NCBI GenBank assembly: GCA_045611705.1 | Contig: JAZKXR010000003.1 | Location: 377-64,376 of the forward strand | DNA length: 64,000 bases | Source: Alphaproteobacteria bacterium | GTDB lineage: Bacteria; Pseudomonadota; Alphaproteobacteria; CAAHEQ01; UBA3637 | Reading direction: 5' to 3' | In this document: in pieces, positions 19,394-29,476 of the stretch | Layout of the letters: every line of letters begins with the position of its first letter | Numbering within the stretch: the stretch's first letter is position 1 | The notes under the pieces: generated by a model | Seen by the model: only the letters and a program-made list of their open reading frames with translations | Databases searched by the model: none | Told to the model about the DNA's origin: nothing | Made by a program: the position numbers and the translations under genes

Positions 19394-19873
19394 ATGGATA
19401 AACAACAAGCACTCTTAAAAGCTATCAAAGAAAGAAACCTCAAACTCATTCAATATTATGTAAAAAATGGGGCAGATTTGAACAGGTCATGTTCCCCCAT
19501 TGGAACAACTCCTTTTATGTATGCCATGAACTATTTTCGGAAAGCTGAGGATGTTGAAACCCTGATTGATATGGGTGGAGATGTCAACAAAACCAATGAC
19601 CACGGGGAAACACCCTTGATGTTTGCCGTCCGTGGACAGTGTGATTCAATCATCCCTTGGCTATTTGTGGACTCAGGTGCGAAATTGGATACACAGGATA
19701 TGTGGGGAAATACAGCTTTTATGAGAGTCCTTTTGGATAAGAACATTATCCAGAAAAAGAAACTTCTTTATGCCTTTTTGGATTATGGGGCAGACCTTAC
19801 CAATTTGAAAAATAAAAAGGGGCAAACGGCTTGGGATATTATGTGGGGGATAATAGTGCATAAAGGGGTCTGA
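19394..19873 (+). CDS. Ankyrin-repeat protein
   Basis: NGADLN..GTTPFMYA, GGDVNKTNDHGETPLMFA, GAKLDTQDMWGNTAFM, GADL..KGQTAWD. Confidence 0.88.
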   Translation: MDKQQALLKAIKERNLKLIQYYVKNGADLNRSCSPIGTTPFMYAMNYFRKAEDVETLIDMGGDVNKTNDHGETPLMFAVRGQCDSIIPWLFVDSGAKLDTQDMWGNTAFMRVLLDKNIIQKKKLLYAFLDYGADLTNLKNKKGQTAWDIMWGIIVHKGV

Positions 19874-19957
19874 ACTTTCATTCGCTCGAGGTTAAATATT
19901 TACATAGTTTTCTTAAAAGTAGTAGACTTAATTAAATGTTTAAGATATAATACCACT

Positions 19958-20380
19958 ATGAAAAGTAAGCGAACTCCTTTAATTGAACTGAAACAAGTCA
20001 AGCAAAAAGACAACTCTTATGTAACGACCTCAAATTACAAGGATATACCTGTTACCGCTGAGGACAGAAAAGAGTTGCTTGAAAGATTGCAACTTGTATA
20101 TCAACTCAGAACTTTAGGACATAACTACTGCAAAATGTGTTCAGATAAGGGTAAGTGCTTAGGTTGCATATGGAAACAAATTGATTTCCATCTTCTTTCG
20201 GCAGAAAATCTTATATCTTCTTTAACGGAATTAGTGAATGTATCACGACCTGAAGAGCCTTCGTGGAAACAAGAAGAAAGAGAAGAGTTAAAGAAGGTAC
20301 TCATTAAAAAGTTAATATCTGCTCTTAGCGAAATGCTGTCAGACCTATCTGAGGAGGATTTGGATGTCAAAACAAAATAG
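19958..20380 (+). CDS. Hypothetical protein with a CxxC..CxxC cluster
   Basis: YCKMCSDKGKCLGC. Confidence 0.55.
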   Translation: MKSKRTPLIELKQVKQKDNSYVTTSNYKDIPVTAEDRKELLERLQLVYQLRTLGHNYCKMCSDKGKCLGCIWKQIDFHLLSAENLISSLTELVNVSRPEEPSWKQEEREELKKVLIKKLISALSEMLSDLSEEDLDVKTK

Positions 20381-20744
20381 CAACCTCCCTAATATAAAAG
20401 GACAATACGGTAATTTACTAATTAACTCTGAGATGCCAGCTGAATTACTCTCGGCTGATAATAGAGATGCGATTATCATCTATCATCTGGTAAATGCGTA
20501 TAAGATGCTTGAAAAGCAAAATAGCCAATATACACCACCTAAAGCTTCTATGGCAGGACTATCGCTTAGTGGGCAAGCAGAAGATTTAGTAAAAAATGCA
20601 TTAGAGCTATTATCTGTCCATAACAAACAAAACTTATCTTATCTTATAGATACAACTTCTTTATCCTTGGCAGATATATGGGAGTTTTTGGAAAAATGGA
20701 GAAAAAAACATTCTATTTCTTCGAAAAACTATATTTACTTCTGA
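20364..20744 (+). CDS. Hypothetical protein
   Basis: 126-aa ORF with GGAGG RBS, overlapping the previous gene. Confidence 0.55.
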   Translation: MSKQNSNLPNIKGQYGNLLINSEMPAELLSADNRDAIIIYHLVNAYKMLEKQNSQYTPPKASMAGLSLSGQAEDLVKNALELLSVHNKQNLSYLIDTTSLSLADIWEFLEKWRKKHSISSKNYIYF

Positions 20745-22125
20745 GTTCCTCTAATTTTTGGTAATCTCTAGCCACATAGGCATCTAGAGCATCTTTGGGA
20801 TAAACAATAGACTTATATTCACCTAAGAATGGAATGCTATCTTTTTCGGTTTTGGTTTTATCTCGTTCTCTCATTTTTGCTAAGAACGCCCGAGACCTTC
20901 CAATATATTCGGCAGCTTTCTTTGGTGGATACCAATCTGTTTGATTATCCAATGAAGGAGTGTCGTTTGTATTTTTCTCACTCCTCCTTATTATGTATTC
21001 AGATTCGTAACAACAATTTTTCAATTTAGAACATATATTTGCATAGTTATTTGATTCAATTTTCTCAATTAGTGCACCAGAATTCAGGTATAAATCTGCA
21101 TAGGAGAATTTCCCATTAATCTTCAAATTCGATATTAAGGTATTAGCATATAACAAATCTGCATCATTTATTTTAACATCGCCATCAAATACGCTGTTTT
21201 TTATTTCTAATGTGCCACCTTGCCAAATATATGTTACCTGCTTCATTGTAAGTGCACTGCTCTTTAAGAAATAGCAATCCTGTATTGTAAAACCAAGATA
21301 AATTGAACATGGATACATTGTTATTTTTCCAGCTATTTTGGATTCATGAAATCCTACTGGTCCATGGAAATATCTTGGGAATTTGATATCAGAATCTATC
21401 TCGCACTTACGAAATTCAACTCTGCCCATACCTTTTGAAAAATCAAATGTACCTGTTATATGACAATTATCAAAGATAACAGAATGAACCCATGTATCCA
21501 TTATTGGTGATGAGATTATCTTAGACAAATATTTAGCCAGCTTGTCGTTTACTTCAATATCACGAATAATAATATCCTTATCAAACCCCATCATGTTCTC
21601 TATGGGTATCTCTGATACTTGTAGTTGCGAATGCTCAAAATGAAAGTTTAGTACTTCTTCTTCTAAATCAGGATTATTTCCTGAATGTACAAAAAGATAG
21701 AGGGCTGAAATAAAGCCATCTTCCAATTTTCTCCTGTCATCCTTTGGCAGAAGGGAGTTGGTTTTTACAGTATAATCCTCAATGCCTTCAAAAAATGAGA
21801 TAAGATAACTTAATGCGGGTTTAGTTGTTTCTTGGACCAGGTTCTCACAATTTGCTATGTATCCAAGGATATCGGTTCTCTTTTTGTATTGTCTCAAATC
21901 TATTTGTTTTTCTGGCTTCTTTACCACAAAAAAAGAAATTAGCGTCACTATGTTGTATAGGTGTCTAATTGTCCTATCGACTATGAAAACGCTAGCAACA
22001 TCCCCATAACTGTATAAAACACTTCTTTTTGGGAAAAGACTCGATATAAAAAAGATATCCCGCAGGATAGCCATATAAATCAATTTTTCTTTGTCATCTA
22101 CTTTTTTTACGGCATCTTGTTTCAT
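20713..22125 (-). CDS. Hypothetical protein: central beta-helix-like repeats plus C-terminal Xis-like HTH
   Basis: Periodic F-x-x-C/S-x-I/F repeats; C-terminal WYPPKKAAEYIGRSRAFLAKMRE. Confidence 0.6.
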   Translation of the reverse strand: MKQDAVKKVDDKEKLIYMAILRDIFFISSLFPKRSVLYSYGDVASVFIVDRTIRHLYNIVTLISFFVVKKPEKQIDLRQYKKRTDILGYIANCENLVQETTKPALSYLISFFEGIEDYTVKTNSLLPKDDRRKLEDGFISALYLFVHSGNNPDLEEEVLNFHFEHSQLQVSEIPIENMMGFDKDIIIRDIEVNDKLAKYLSKIISSPIMDTWVHSVIFDNCHITGTFDFSKGMGRVEFRKCEIDSDIKFPRYFHGPVGFHESKIAGKITMYPCSIYLGFTIQDCYFLKSSALTMKQVTYIWQGGTLEIKNSVFDGDVKINDADLLYANTLISNLKINGKFSYADLYLNSGALIEKIESNNYANICSKLKNCCYESEYIIRRSEKNTNDTPSLDNQTDWYPPKKAAEYIGRSRAFLAKMRERDKTKTEKDSIPFLGEYKSIVYPKDALDAYVARDYQKLEELRSKYSFSKK

Positions 22126-22182
22126 AAGTACCTCTTTTAGTCATAATATCAAAAAAATATCCAAAAGTCCAGTAAAACCAGA

Positions 22183-22212
22183 AATGTTAAAAAATCCACC
22201 TTTTTTAACATT
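22183..22212. other. Perfect 12-6-12 palindromic site
   Basis: AATGTTAAAAAA-TCCACC-TTTTTTAACATT. Confidence 0.75.
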
Positions 22213-22324
22213 ATCCCTGTAAGCCCTATAAAATCAACATTTTTGAAAATGCTCTAAAATCCACTCGTGCCAAAATGTTTAACTTTCGCTATAAAAATCA
22301 CTTTTTTTAACATTTTTTATAAAA

Positions 22325-22371
22325 ACGATCTTGACCTTCTTTTCAAAATATGTTGATCAGATCAGCGTAAC
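22325..22371 (+). promoter_or_regulatory. Shared element motif, copy 2
   Basis: ACGATCTTGAC-N13-TATGTTGATC-A-GATCAGCGTAAC upstream of the small integrase. Confidence 0.6.
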
Positions 22372-22404
22372 CAAAAGTACTTAATTTTTACGAAAGGATA
22401 AAAA

Positions 22405-22986
22405 ATGGTAAACCAAGTTTTTATAGATGACAAAAAAATCAAAGATATTCTGACCTACATACAAGGGATGCGACATGCGGAACAAATTCGGATGATGTTC
22501 CTCTGTTCGCTGAATGGTATGAGGTCTATAAATTTCACTTATCTTCAAGCTGGAGATGTATATACCCCAGACCTAAAGGTTAAGGATGTTATTTGTTTGG
22601 ATAAGGATAAAAATAAAGGGAAGTTCGGATGTTCTTATTACCTTAATACCCAGATGAAGAAAGAGTTTAAGGAGTATTTGGGGTATTTGAAGTCCAAAAA
22701 TGAAGAGATTTCCCCAGAAATGTATCTGTTTACCTCTCAAAAGATGGGAAAACCTTTCAACCGTGTTAGCATTAGTAGACTATTCTCAAGTATCTACCAC
22801 AAATTTTCCATAGAAGGAGGATCTCACTTGGGGCGTCACTTGTTCGTGAGTCGCCTTATCAATGCTGGGACCAATATCTGTTTGGTTCAAAAACTCGCCA
22901 ACCATCGAAATGTAGCAACTACTCAAAGGTACTTCAACTATAACGAGAAAATGCTCTCAAATGCCGTGGAGAATATCACGATTTAG
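22405..22986 (+). CDS. Minimal tyrosine recombinase (catalytic domain only)
   Basis: GMR..., SHLGRH (HxxR), LANHRNVATTQRY (H and catalytic Y); 193 aa. Confidence 0.85.
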   Translation: MVNQVFIDDKKIKDILTYIQGMRHAEQIRMMFLCSLNGMRSINFTYLQAGDVYTPDLKVKDVICLDKDKNKGKFGCSYYLNTQMKKEFKEYLGYLKSKNEEISPEMYLFTSQKMGKPFNRVSISRLFSSIYHKFSIEGGSHLGRHLFVSRLINAGTNICLVQKLANHRNVATTQRYFNYNEKMLSNAVENITI

Positions 22987-23762
22987 CGGGAAGATAACAT
23001 TTTTTGTTTAAATAAACTTAAACAATCCTTATATATATACATTTGTTGTTCCTTGTGCTCGTCAGAATATATACCATCCATAAAGTTTGGAGATTGACCG
23101 TCTCCAAAAACAGCAAACGACATAACCATACAATCTGATGCGATATTTGCAAGTTTTTTCCCTTCTGGATTATCTGGAACACGGTCTTCTATTCCCTTCA
23201 TCAAGAAATTCAATTTCCTTTTATCGGCTTTTGATTGTATTTTTTTTGCTTTACCTACCCACTGCTTCATACAGCGGTATCTTCCATCAGAGACTTTTTT
23301 ATAGTCTTCTTTTGTGGGTTCTACAATACTAGTTTTTGGATTTGCTCCTGATTGTTCACAATCGTAATTAAATTTCTCATCTCCTAAAGGATCTCTCATA
23401 CTTTTTACAATACACTCAGCAAAATCTGCATTAAAACCAGATGCCTTTACTCCTTCCAGCATAATATAATACCTTCTATTTGCCCAAAAACAGGTTCTAT
23501 TTTCCTCAGTCATAGCATCTTCCCGTTCTGCTTCCGTTTGTGTTTTATCTTTTTTAGCAAGCAGAGTTAGGTATGCGGTAACGTCTTTCTCAACAAAGCA
23601 CCTCTGTATTGCATATTCATTCGCTTTTTTTGTAATAGGATCAATTTCAGGTAACGTTTGGTGGTTCTCCTCTTGTGAAACTAATGGTGTCTTGGGACTT
23701 TCTTGTGTTGTGTTACAACACACTAAAAAGAATGATAAAAGTAAAATATATATTTTTTTCAA
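22983..23762 (-). CDS. Putative lipoprotein
   Basis: Probable TTG start after AAGGA: MKKIYILLLSFFLVCCNTT (lipobox-like); paired cysteines. Confidence 0.65.
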   Translation of the reverse strand: MKKIYILLLSFFLVCCNTTQESPKTPLVSQEENHQTLPEIDPITKKANEYAIQRCFVEKDVTAYLTLLAKKDKTQTEAEREDAMTEENRTCFWANRRYYIMLEGVKASGFNADFAECIVKSMRDPLGDEKFNYDCEQSGANPKTSIVEPTKEDYKKVSDGRYRCMKQWVGKAKKIQSKADKRKLNFLMKGIEDRVPDNPEGKKLANIASDCMVMSFAVFGDGQSPNFMDGIYSDEHKEQQMYIYKDCLSLFKQKMLSSR

Positions 23763-23772
23763 AGTGATTTCC

Positions 23773-24240
23773 TTACGTATTTTCTTTTTGTAGATGTTTT
23801 GCACGCAATTCTTCAAAGCTGTTAAAATTTTCGGAATCCTTGTTAAAAATTCTTAACAAGTTCTCACGGGTTAGGCATTCTAGCATAAGTTGAGTATAAA
23901 CTCTAACCATTTTTTCATTTCCATCAAACAATCCACTTTCATAACCTAATTTTATATTATCTGGCTCTATCTCATTAATACATTCCAATTCTTCATCAGT
24001 TCTTTGAAAATATACACTAAATAGGTATCTCAAACCCATAAACATGCTGATTGTACTATTAAAATTTATGAATAATATTTTTGCATCCTCATTCCTTTTA
24101 GCCTCATCAATAAGTTGACTTATGGGGGCAAATTCTTTTACTGTTATATCTAGAGGGGATATAACCTCTTTAGAAGGATCACGCCCATATGCTGATCCCG
24201 TAAAGATTAATAAAAACAACACTGTTAGAAATTTTTTCAT
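23773..24240 (-). CDS. Putative secreted protein
   Basis: Signal peptide MKKFLTVLFLLIFTGSAYG. Confidence 0.65.
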   Translation of the reverse strand: MKKFLTVLFLLIFTGSAYGRDPSKEVISPLDITVKEFAPISQLIDEAKRNEDAKILFINFNSTISMFMGLRYLFSVYFQRTDEELECINEIEPDNIKLGYESGLFDGNEKMVRVYTQLMLECLTRENLLRIFNKDSENFNSFEELRAKHLQKENT

Positions 24241-24255
24241 GTTATCCTTTCACAA

Positions 24256-25449
24256 TCAATTTATTTGTTTGTATGGTAAATTACATTTATAGAAAACTGT
24301 TTTTTCTGCTTTTTCTAATTCTTCAACTTTTTTCATTTCCCCATATATATTTTCTTTCATAAAAACAAAACCACGAATTGTTAATAGTCTATTGTCTGAA
24401 TTTGCTGCAAGTTGCTTAATTTTCTTTATAATACAATTTGTATCAGTTTCAGACAATCTATGTCCATTTGCATATGCATCATGTAATCTTGCTAATAGCA
24501 TATTCTCAGGTGCATACAGATCAAAGCATCCTGCAGGTCTTATTGCTGTATATCTTATATCACTCATTATTCCTTTTGTTGTTATTTTCTCATTAACATA
24601 CCGCTGAAGCCACTCTGCATAATCCTCATTATCTAATATAATTGATTGAATTCCAAGTAGACATTTGCAATATGCTCTATAGTCATCTGGCTCACCACCA
24701 TTTTCCTTTGATTCGGAGTATCTACAATGACGATATGCTTTCCAATATGCTTCATGGTCCTCTTGTTCCTCTCTATTTTCTTCCAATTCTTCTTGCTCAC
24801 TTTCGTTCATATATGCTTCGTAAGCTTCTGCGTCTTCTTTGTGTTCATCTAGATTAGTAGATTGAACTTGATTCTCCTCTTTGGGGTATTCTTTTTTGTA
24901 GAAAGTAGAAAAAATCCCTCCTGTGACGAGGAGTATACTTAATATAATTGAAAGCCATATTATTTTAGAGTATTTTTTATGTTTTTTCTTCTTTTTCGGA
25001 GTAATTTTTTGAGCAATTAATTCGTTTTGTTTATTATTTAATTTTTTGTAATCTTTATAACATTTTCTGAGTAAATAAACAGCTACACCAAAAATTATAG
25101 CTCCAAGAACTATTACAAAGACGTACCCTGAGGTTCTTTCTGGTATTTTTCCAACATATATTGAAGAAGTTATGATTAAAAACAGTCCATATAAAGAAAG
25201 AGAGATACCTGCAATAAATCTTTTATAGTTTGGGAGTATGCAATATATAATACTATACAATGCAAAACTATACACTCCTTCCTGTGTCATTCTACGATAC
25301 CAAGAAACCGTTTGATACATTGAATCACGTCCTGTATGTATTTCAATCCAATGCCAAATAAATGCGACAATGATAGCCCCAATTACCCCACAGGGAATTG
25401 CTAATATGTATCTTATAAAGTTAATTAGCTTACTACTATTCTCTTTCAT
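24256..25449 (-). CDS. Membrane protein with several N-terminal TM helices and an acidic, Cys-containing soluble domain
   Basis: About five hydrophobic segments, then an E-rich linker; AGGAGGA RBS before ATG at 25449. Confidence 0.65.
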   Translation of the reverse strand: MKENSSKLINFIRYILAIPCGVIGAIIVAFIWHWIEIHTGRDSMYQTVSWYRRMTQEGVYSFALYSIIYCILPNYKRFIAGISLSLYGLFLIITSSIYVGKIPERTSGYVFVIVLGAIIFGVAVYLLRKCYKDYKKLNNKQNELIAQKITPKKKKKHKKYSKIIWLSIILSILLVTGGIFSTFYKKEYPKEENQVQSTNLDEHKEDAEAYEAYMNESEQEELEENREEQEDHEAYWKAYRHCRYSESKENGGEPDDYRAYCKCLLGIQSIILDNEDYAEWLQRYVNEKITTKGIMSDIRYTAIRPAGCFDLYAPENMLLARLHDAYANGHRLSETDTNCIIKKIKQLAANSDNRLLTIRGFVFMKENIYGEMKKVEELEKAEKTVFYKCNLPYKQIN

Positions 25450-25558
25450 ACAGTCCTCCTTGTCCAAATTGGGCTTAATAATTCTACACAAAATTACCCA
25501 TATATGTCAAGAAAAAGTGTCCAATATCACCAAAAATATAACAGTGAAGAAATCGTAT

Positions 25559-25912
25559 CTATTTTCTTGTCTTTACAACATCACCTTCAATAGTTTGAGA
25601 GAAACGTCCGTATATGTATGGGAAAAAGAAAACAAAAGATGATACTCGTGCATTTGTAAATACATCACCATCAACACGAGTAAAAGCATCTTGCATTGCA
25701 GATTCAACGTTTGGATTCATATCTCCAACGGGAATTAAGATGAATATCTGCCCAACAGATTTCCCTTCAACATTCCTGATTTTTTGTGTTGTTTCCAGAT
25801 TTATGTTATCTAAATCCGCAATTTGGTTTGAGATAACTGTAAATGTTCCCTGGTTAAAACTACACGCAGAGAGCAAAGATACTCCAGCCACAAGACTTAT
25901 TATTTTTTTCAT
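25559..25912 (-). CDS. Small lipoprotein, paralog of 25909-26262
   Basis: Lipobox LSAC; NVEGKS..FILIPVG..ESAMQDAF..DGDVFTNA. Confidence 0.75.
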   Translation of the reverse strand: MKKIISLVAGVSLLSACSFNQGTFTVISNQIADLDNINLETTQKIRNVEGKSVGQIFILIPVGDMNPNVESAMQDAFTRVDGDVFTNARVSSFVFFFPYIYGRFSQTIEGDVVKTRK

Positions 25913-26262
25913 TTCTTATTTCCCTCCTGTGTGTTTACAACAGAACCACGTATTTCCAGACCTACTTGTCCAACTAAGAACCACCAGCTTGTTGAATACA
26001 AGGATGCATCTACCATTAAGTCACCATCCGCTTTTGTAAGAGCGTCATCCAATGCTTCTTTTAGAGTTGGTATTCCAAAAGGAATGAACAAAAGCACAAA
26101 CTTTGAGGATTTCCCCACTACATTCTTTGTTTTAGGCAGATCGCTTACCTTGACATCTTTTGTTCGAATATTTCTGTCACTTATCATAGTCATACTTGCA
26201 ATTCGTGTTGTACAGGCTGACAGAAATAGTGATAATAGCAGTAATGACAATATTTTCCTCAT
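25909..26262 (-). CDS. Small lipoprotein, paralog of 25559-25912
   Basis: Lipobox LSAC; NVVGKS..LLFIPFG..KEALDDAL..DGDLMVDA. Confidence 0.75.
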   Translation of the reverse strand: MRKILSLLLLSLFLSACTTRIASMTMISDRNIRTKDVKVSDLPKTKNVVGKSSKFVLLFIPFGIPTLKEALDDALTKADGDLMVDASLYSTSWWFLVGQVGLEIRGSVVNTQEGNKK

Positions 26263-26666
26263 TTTGTTTCCTTTGACATAAAAATTGTTATATTTTCTGG
26301 TTCTATTTGATAATATTCACCATTAAACCCATCCACTATTAGTGGTATAAAAATAAAGGGTATGGATAAAATGATATCTGCAGTTAGTATACCAGGGTGT
26401 AATTTCCGTTGTGTATAGAAGTTAGAAGTTTTATATCCACTCTTTGTGCATGATATAAAATTACCATCTACCGTTTTATCAACAAGAATGTATCCTTTTG
26501 ACAGGTCTTGTGGAATCCCATTTAACTTAATAGTTGTGTTTTCTTGATCCGTTGAAACATAAACCTTATCGTATCCAACTTCACCAATTGAGGTAATTGT
26601 ACCACATCCCCCTAACAGAGTTGTCGTACATAGAAGTGTCGTACATATAATCTTTTTTACTTTCAT
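26259..26666 (-). CDS. Small lipoprotein (PEGA-like beta domain plus hydrophobic hairpin)
   Basis: LGGCGTI lipobox; ISCTKSGYK; IPLIVDGFNGEYY. Confidence 0.7.
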   Translation of the reverse strand: MKVKKIICTTLLCTTTLLGGCGTITSIGEVGYDKVYVSTDQENTTIKLNGIPQDLSKGYILVDKTVDGNFISCTKSGYKTSNFYTQRKLHPGILTADIILSIPFIFIPLIVDGFNGEYYQIEPENITIFMSKETK

Positions 26667-26947
26667 GGACTAATCCTTATAATGAATAGTGATCGTCTAT
26701 AACTATATTACACAATCATTTGATTATGAAATGCGGTACTTTAGGGCAAACTCAAATCCCGATATATATTCCCATAAATTGCGACATATTGCTGAGTTTT
26801 CAATATCTTTAAAGGGATTAAAGCCATATTTGTGGGTTATTTTATTTTTCAAAAAAAACATTTGCATTTTATCAAATGATTAATTGCTAATACTTTTTGC
26901 AACGAAAAATCCTTTAGGTTCAATAAATAAAATAAAAAGGATTGATT

Positions 26948-27562
26948 ATGATTTACGGATATTGTCGCTGCTCTATGGAGAAAAAGCAAACCTGTTCCAA
27001 TCAGCACTTTGCTATTAAGGAGTATGCCAAACGAAATGGGGTCAAAATTGACAAGTGGGTTGAGGAAAATATTAGTTCCCGCAAACCTTTGTCCAAAAGA
27101 GAATTAGGGGTCTTGATGGGTAAAGTAGTAGCAGGAGATACCATTGTTATAACTGAAATCAGTAGACTTGCCCGCAATTTGTATGAGTTGGCAGGCATTT
27201 TACAAGATGCTATCAATAAGGATGTGAAGGTTATCAGTATCAAAGAAAACTATATGTTCAAAAATGACCTACAATCCAAGATTATGGCATACACTTTTGG
27301 GTTAGCTGCAGAGATTGAAAGGGATTTAATTTCCACCCGTATTAAAATGTCTTTGGATAAACTCAAAAAGCAAAATGTCAAATTAGGTAGACCTTTTGGG
27401 GCAGAAGCAAAATGCCTGAAACTATCCAAGAATCGCAAGAAAATCAAAGAACTGTTAGAAAAAGGTGTCAGTCAAGCAAAGATTTCCAAAATCCTCGGTG
27501 TTCATCCGACTACCATGTGCAGATTTTTAAAGAGAAATAATATCAGAAAAGACTGCGATTAA
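26948..27562 (+). CDS. Small serine recombinase (resolvase/invertase) with C-terminal HTH
   Basis: IYGYCRCS (catalytic Ser), GDTIVITEISRLAR, AEIERDLISTR, LGRP, SQAKISKILGVHPTT. Confidence 0.92.
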   Translation: MIYGYCRCSMEKKQTCSNQHFAIKEYAKRNGVKIDKWVEENISSRKPLSKRELGVLMGKVVAGDTIVITEISRLARNLYELAGILQDAINKDVKVISIKENYMFKNDLQSKIMAYTFGLAAEIERDLISTRIKMSLDKLKKQNVKLGRPFGAEAKCLKLSKNRKKIKELLEKGVSQAKISKILGVHPTTMCRFLKRNNIRKDCD

Positions 27563-29155
27563 TTCTTCATTGCAAGCACATAATTTTTCCAATACGTATT
27601 GGTAGTGTTGTTTTAAACTACTATGTTTCTTTTTTGTTTCTTCAATTAATTTGTTTTCTTTTTCTATATTACGATGTCCATGTGTATGGTTTCTGATTTC
27701 GGTTATTTCATTTAAAATTTTTAAGATGTTAATATCTTTACCAAGATATTCAAAAATTTGTTTTAATAAACTGATACTTTTATCCTTAGGATTGTATGTA
27801 ATCTGTTTTTTTTGAAGGAATTTCTTCAATTTTGTTTCTGGAAGACTATTAATGAAAATTGTATGTAATGTCCCTATATTGTCAGCCCAACTTTTACTAT
27901 TTTCATCTAAAAGTCTGGGAATCTTTATTGATTGAATTTTAACAAAGGGGGATAATTTTTTCTTTTGTTCTTCTAATTTCGCATATACATCCTTTTGTGT
28001 ATAAAAATTCCCCTGAAAATCATTTGTCCAAGCCTGTTCAGACAGTCCTCCTAAAGGTCCATTCATTGGAGGGGCTATATTATATGATTTCCAATATAGT
28101 TGTTCTTGGTAAGGAAGTGCCCTTAAGTAGCATGGATAAGTTGATACACTATCTCCATTTAAATCAAAACATTGAAGATACCATCCTGGACAGGAAATAC
28201 TTCGTGATTCAATGATGTATTTTCCTGGATTATCTTGATATTTTTTCAATACTTCGCTTTTGAAAAATATTGGGGATGTTTCAAAAGGTAGTTTTTCTTT
28301 TTGCTCAAAGTAATTCGTAAAATATTTAGGAGCAATAGAACAAGTTCTTTTTTTCTTATACCTAAAATCATATATTATAAAAGTTTCATATTTGGGTTTT
28401 TCAAATGTAAAATGCTTGTCATAATAGGTTAGTTCTTTAATATTTGTTTGGATATTAACAATGTAATAGCCATGTGTAAATGAAGCAAACGTTCCAGTCT
28501 GATATTCACCCGATGTAATAAAAGTTGGAATAGGATGTTCATCCTCATATGTTGCAGAAAGTCCTTTCCCTGGGACGACTCGTGTACAATCAAAGTGGCG
28601 GGATAAAACATAGTTATTAATCCACATATAATAATCTAAGTATTTTCTCTTAAAGGTTATATATCTAAAATTTTTGTATGTCTTTTCACTAATAATTTCT
28701 TCAATATCCCCAGATTCATCAAATCGACAAAATGCATTTTTATGAGGGACATAATGCAAATCTAACACATTTGTCATTTTTTGTGAAAATTCAAAATAGT
28801 CAACTTGTTCTCCTTCTAATCTTCCACTAAAACTTGTATAGATATAAGGCATATCAAAGTCTTCAATATGAGCAACTTCTGTTATTTTCCTTTCTCTTTT
28901 TGCTTTTGTTTTCCATGAAATATCCCAAAAACGTTCCTTTATAAAAGAGGCACCAAAATTGAATGTATTTAAGCATTCTTTTTTCACAAATAGAGAAGAA
29001 ATTAAAATATTTTCTTTGTTTGATACAAAAAGCACCACATCTTCTGGAGTATCCAAATTCTTTAAAAATTCAAAAAAATCTTGCAAAGAAAGCCATTTAT
29101 TTTTTTGTGATTCTGAATATACTAATAATCTATCTATTTTTGTATTTAAATCCAT
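27527..29155 (-). CDS. Hypothetical protein with a possible C-terminal HEPN-like motif
   Basis: 542 aa; EIRNHTHGH near the C-terminus; AT-rich; convergent with the resolvase. Confidence 0.6.
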   Translation of the reverse strand: MDLNTKIDRLLVYSESQKNKWLSLQDFFEFLKNLDTPEDVVLFVSNKENILISSLFVKKECLNTFNFGASFIKERFWDISWKTKAKRERKITEVAHIEDFDMPYIYTSFSGRLEGEQVDYFEFSQKMTNVLDLHYVPHKNAFCRFDESGDIEEIISEKTYKNFRYITFKRKYLDYYMWINNYVLSRHFDCTRVVPGKGLSATYEDEHPIPTFITSGEYQTGTFASFTHGYYIVNIQTNIKELTYYDKHFTFEKPKYETFIIYDFRYKKKRTCSIAPKYFTNYFEQKEKLPFETSPIFFKSEVLKKYQDNPGKYIIESRSISCPGWYLQCFDLNGDSVSTYPCYLRALPYQEQLYWKSYNIAPPMNGPLGGLSEQAWTNDFQGNFYTQKDVYAKLEEQKKKLSPFVKIQSIKIPRLLDENSKSWADNIGTLHTIFINSLPETKLKKFLQKKQITYNPKDKSISLLKQIFEYLGKDINILKILNEITEIRNHTHGHRNIEKENKLIEETKKKHSSLKQHYQYVLEKLCACNEELIAVFSDIISL

Positions 29156-29476
29156 GTCAATTTCTTTCGTTTTAGTTGCTATTTTTATTGATTACTAATA
29201 TATGGGTATGACCTAATCGAAAGTCAACCTCCAAAGCACTCCCTCGCCAAAAGGCGGCTGAGGTTATTTTATTTTAGGATATGATGGCTTTTGGCTGTTA
29301 TGGGTATTACTTTGTTATCAACTCCCTAAAGGGTTCTATTTTACTTAAAAAGGAAGGAATCTATTGTCATATTTTGGTCTATAATAGATTCTTTTTTATT
29401 TCTATTATAATTCTATTATAGCAACAAAAAACGCCCAGATAGCCCTTGATATTATTGATGTTTCTTAAAATGCACC

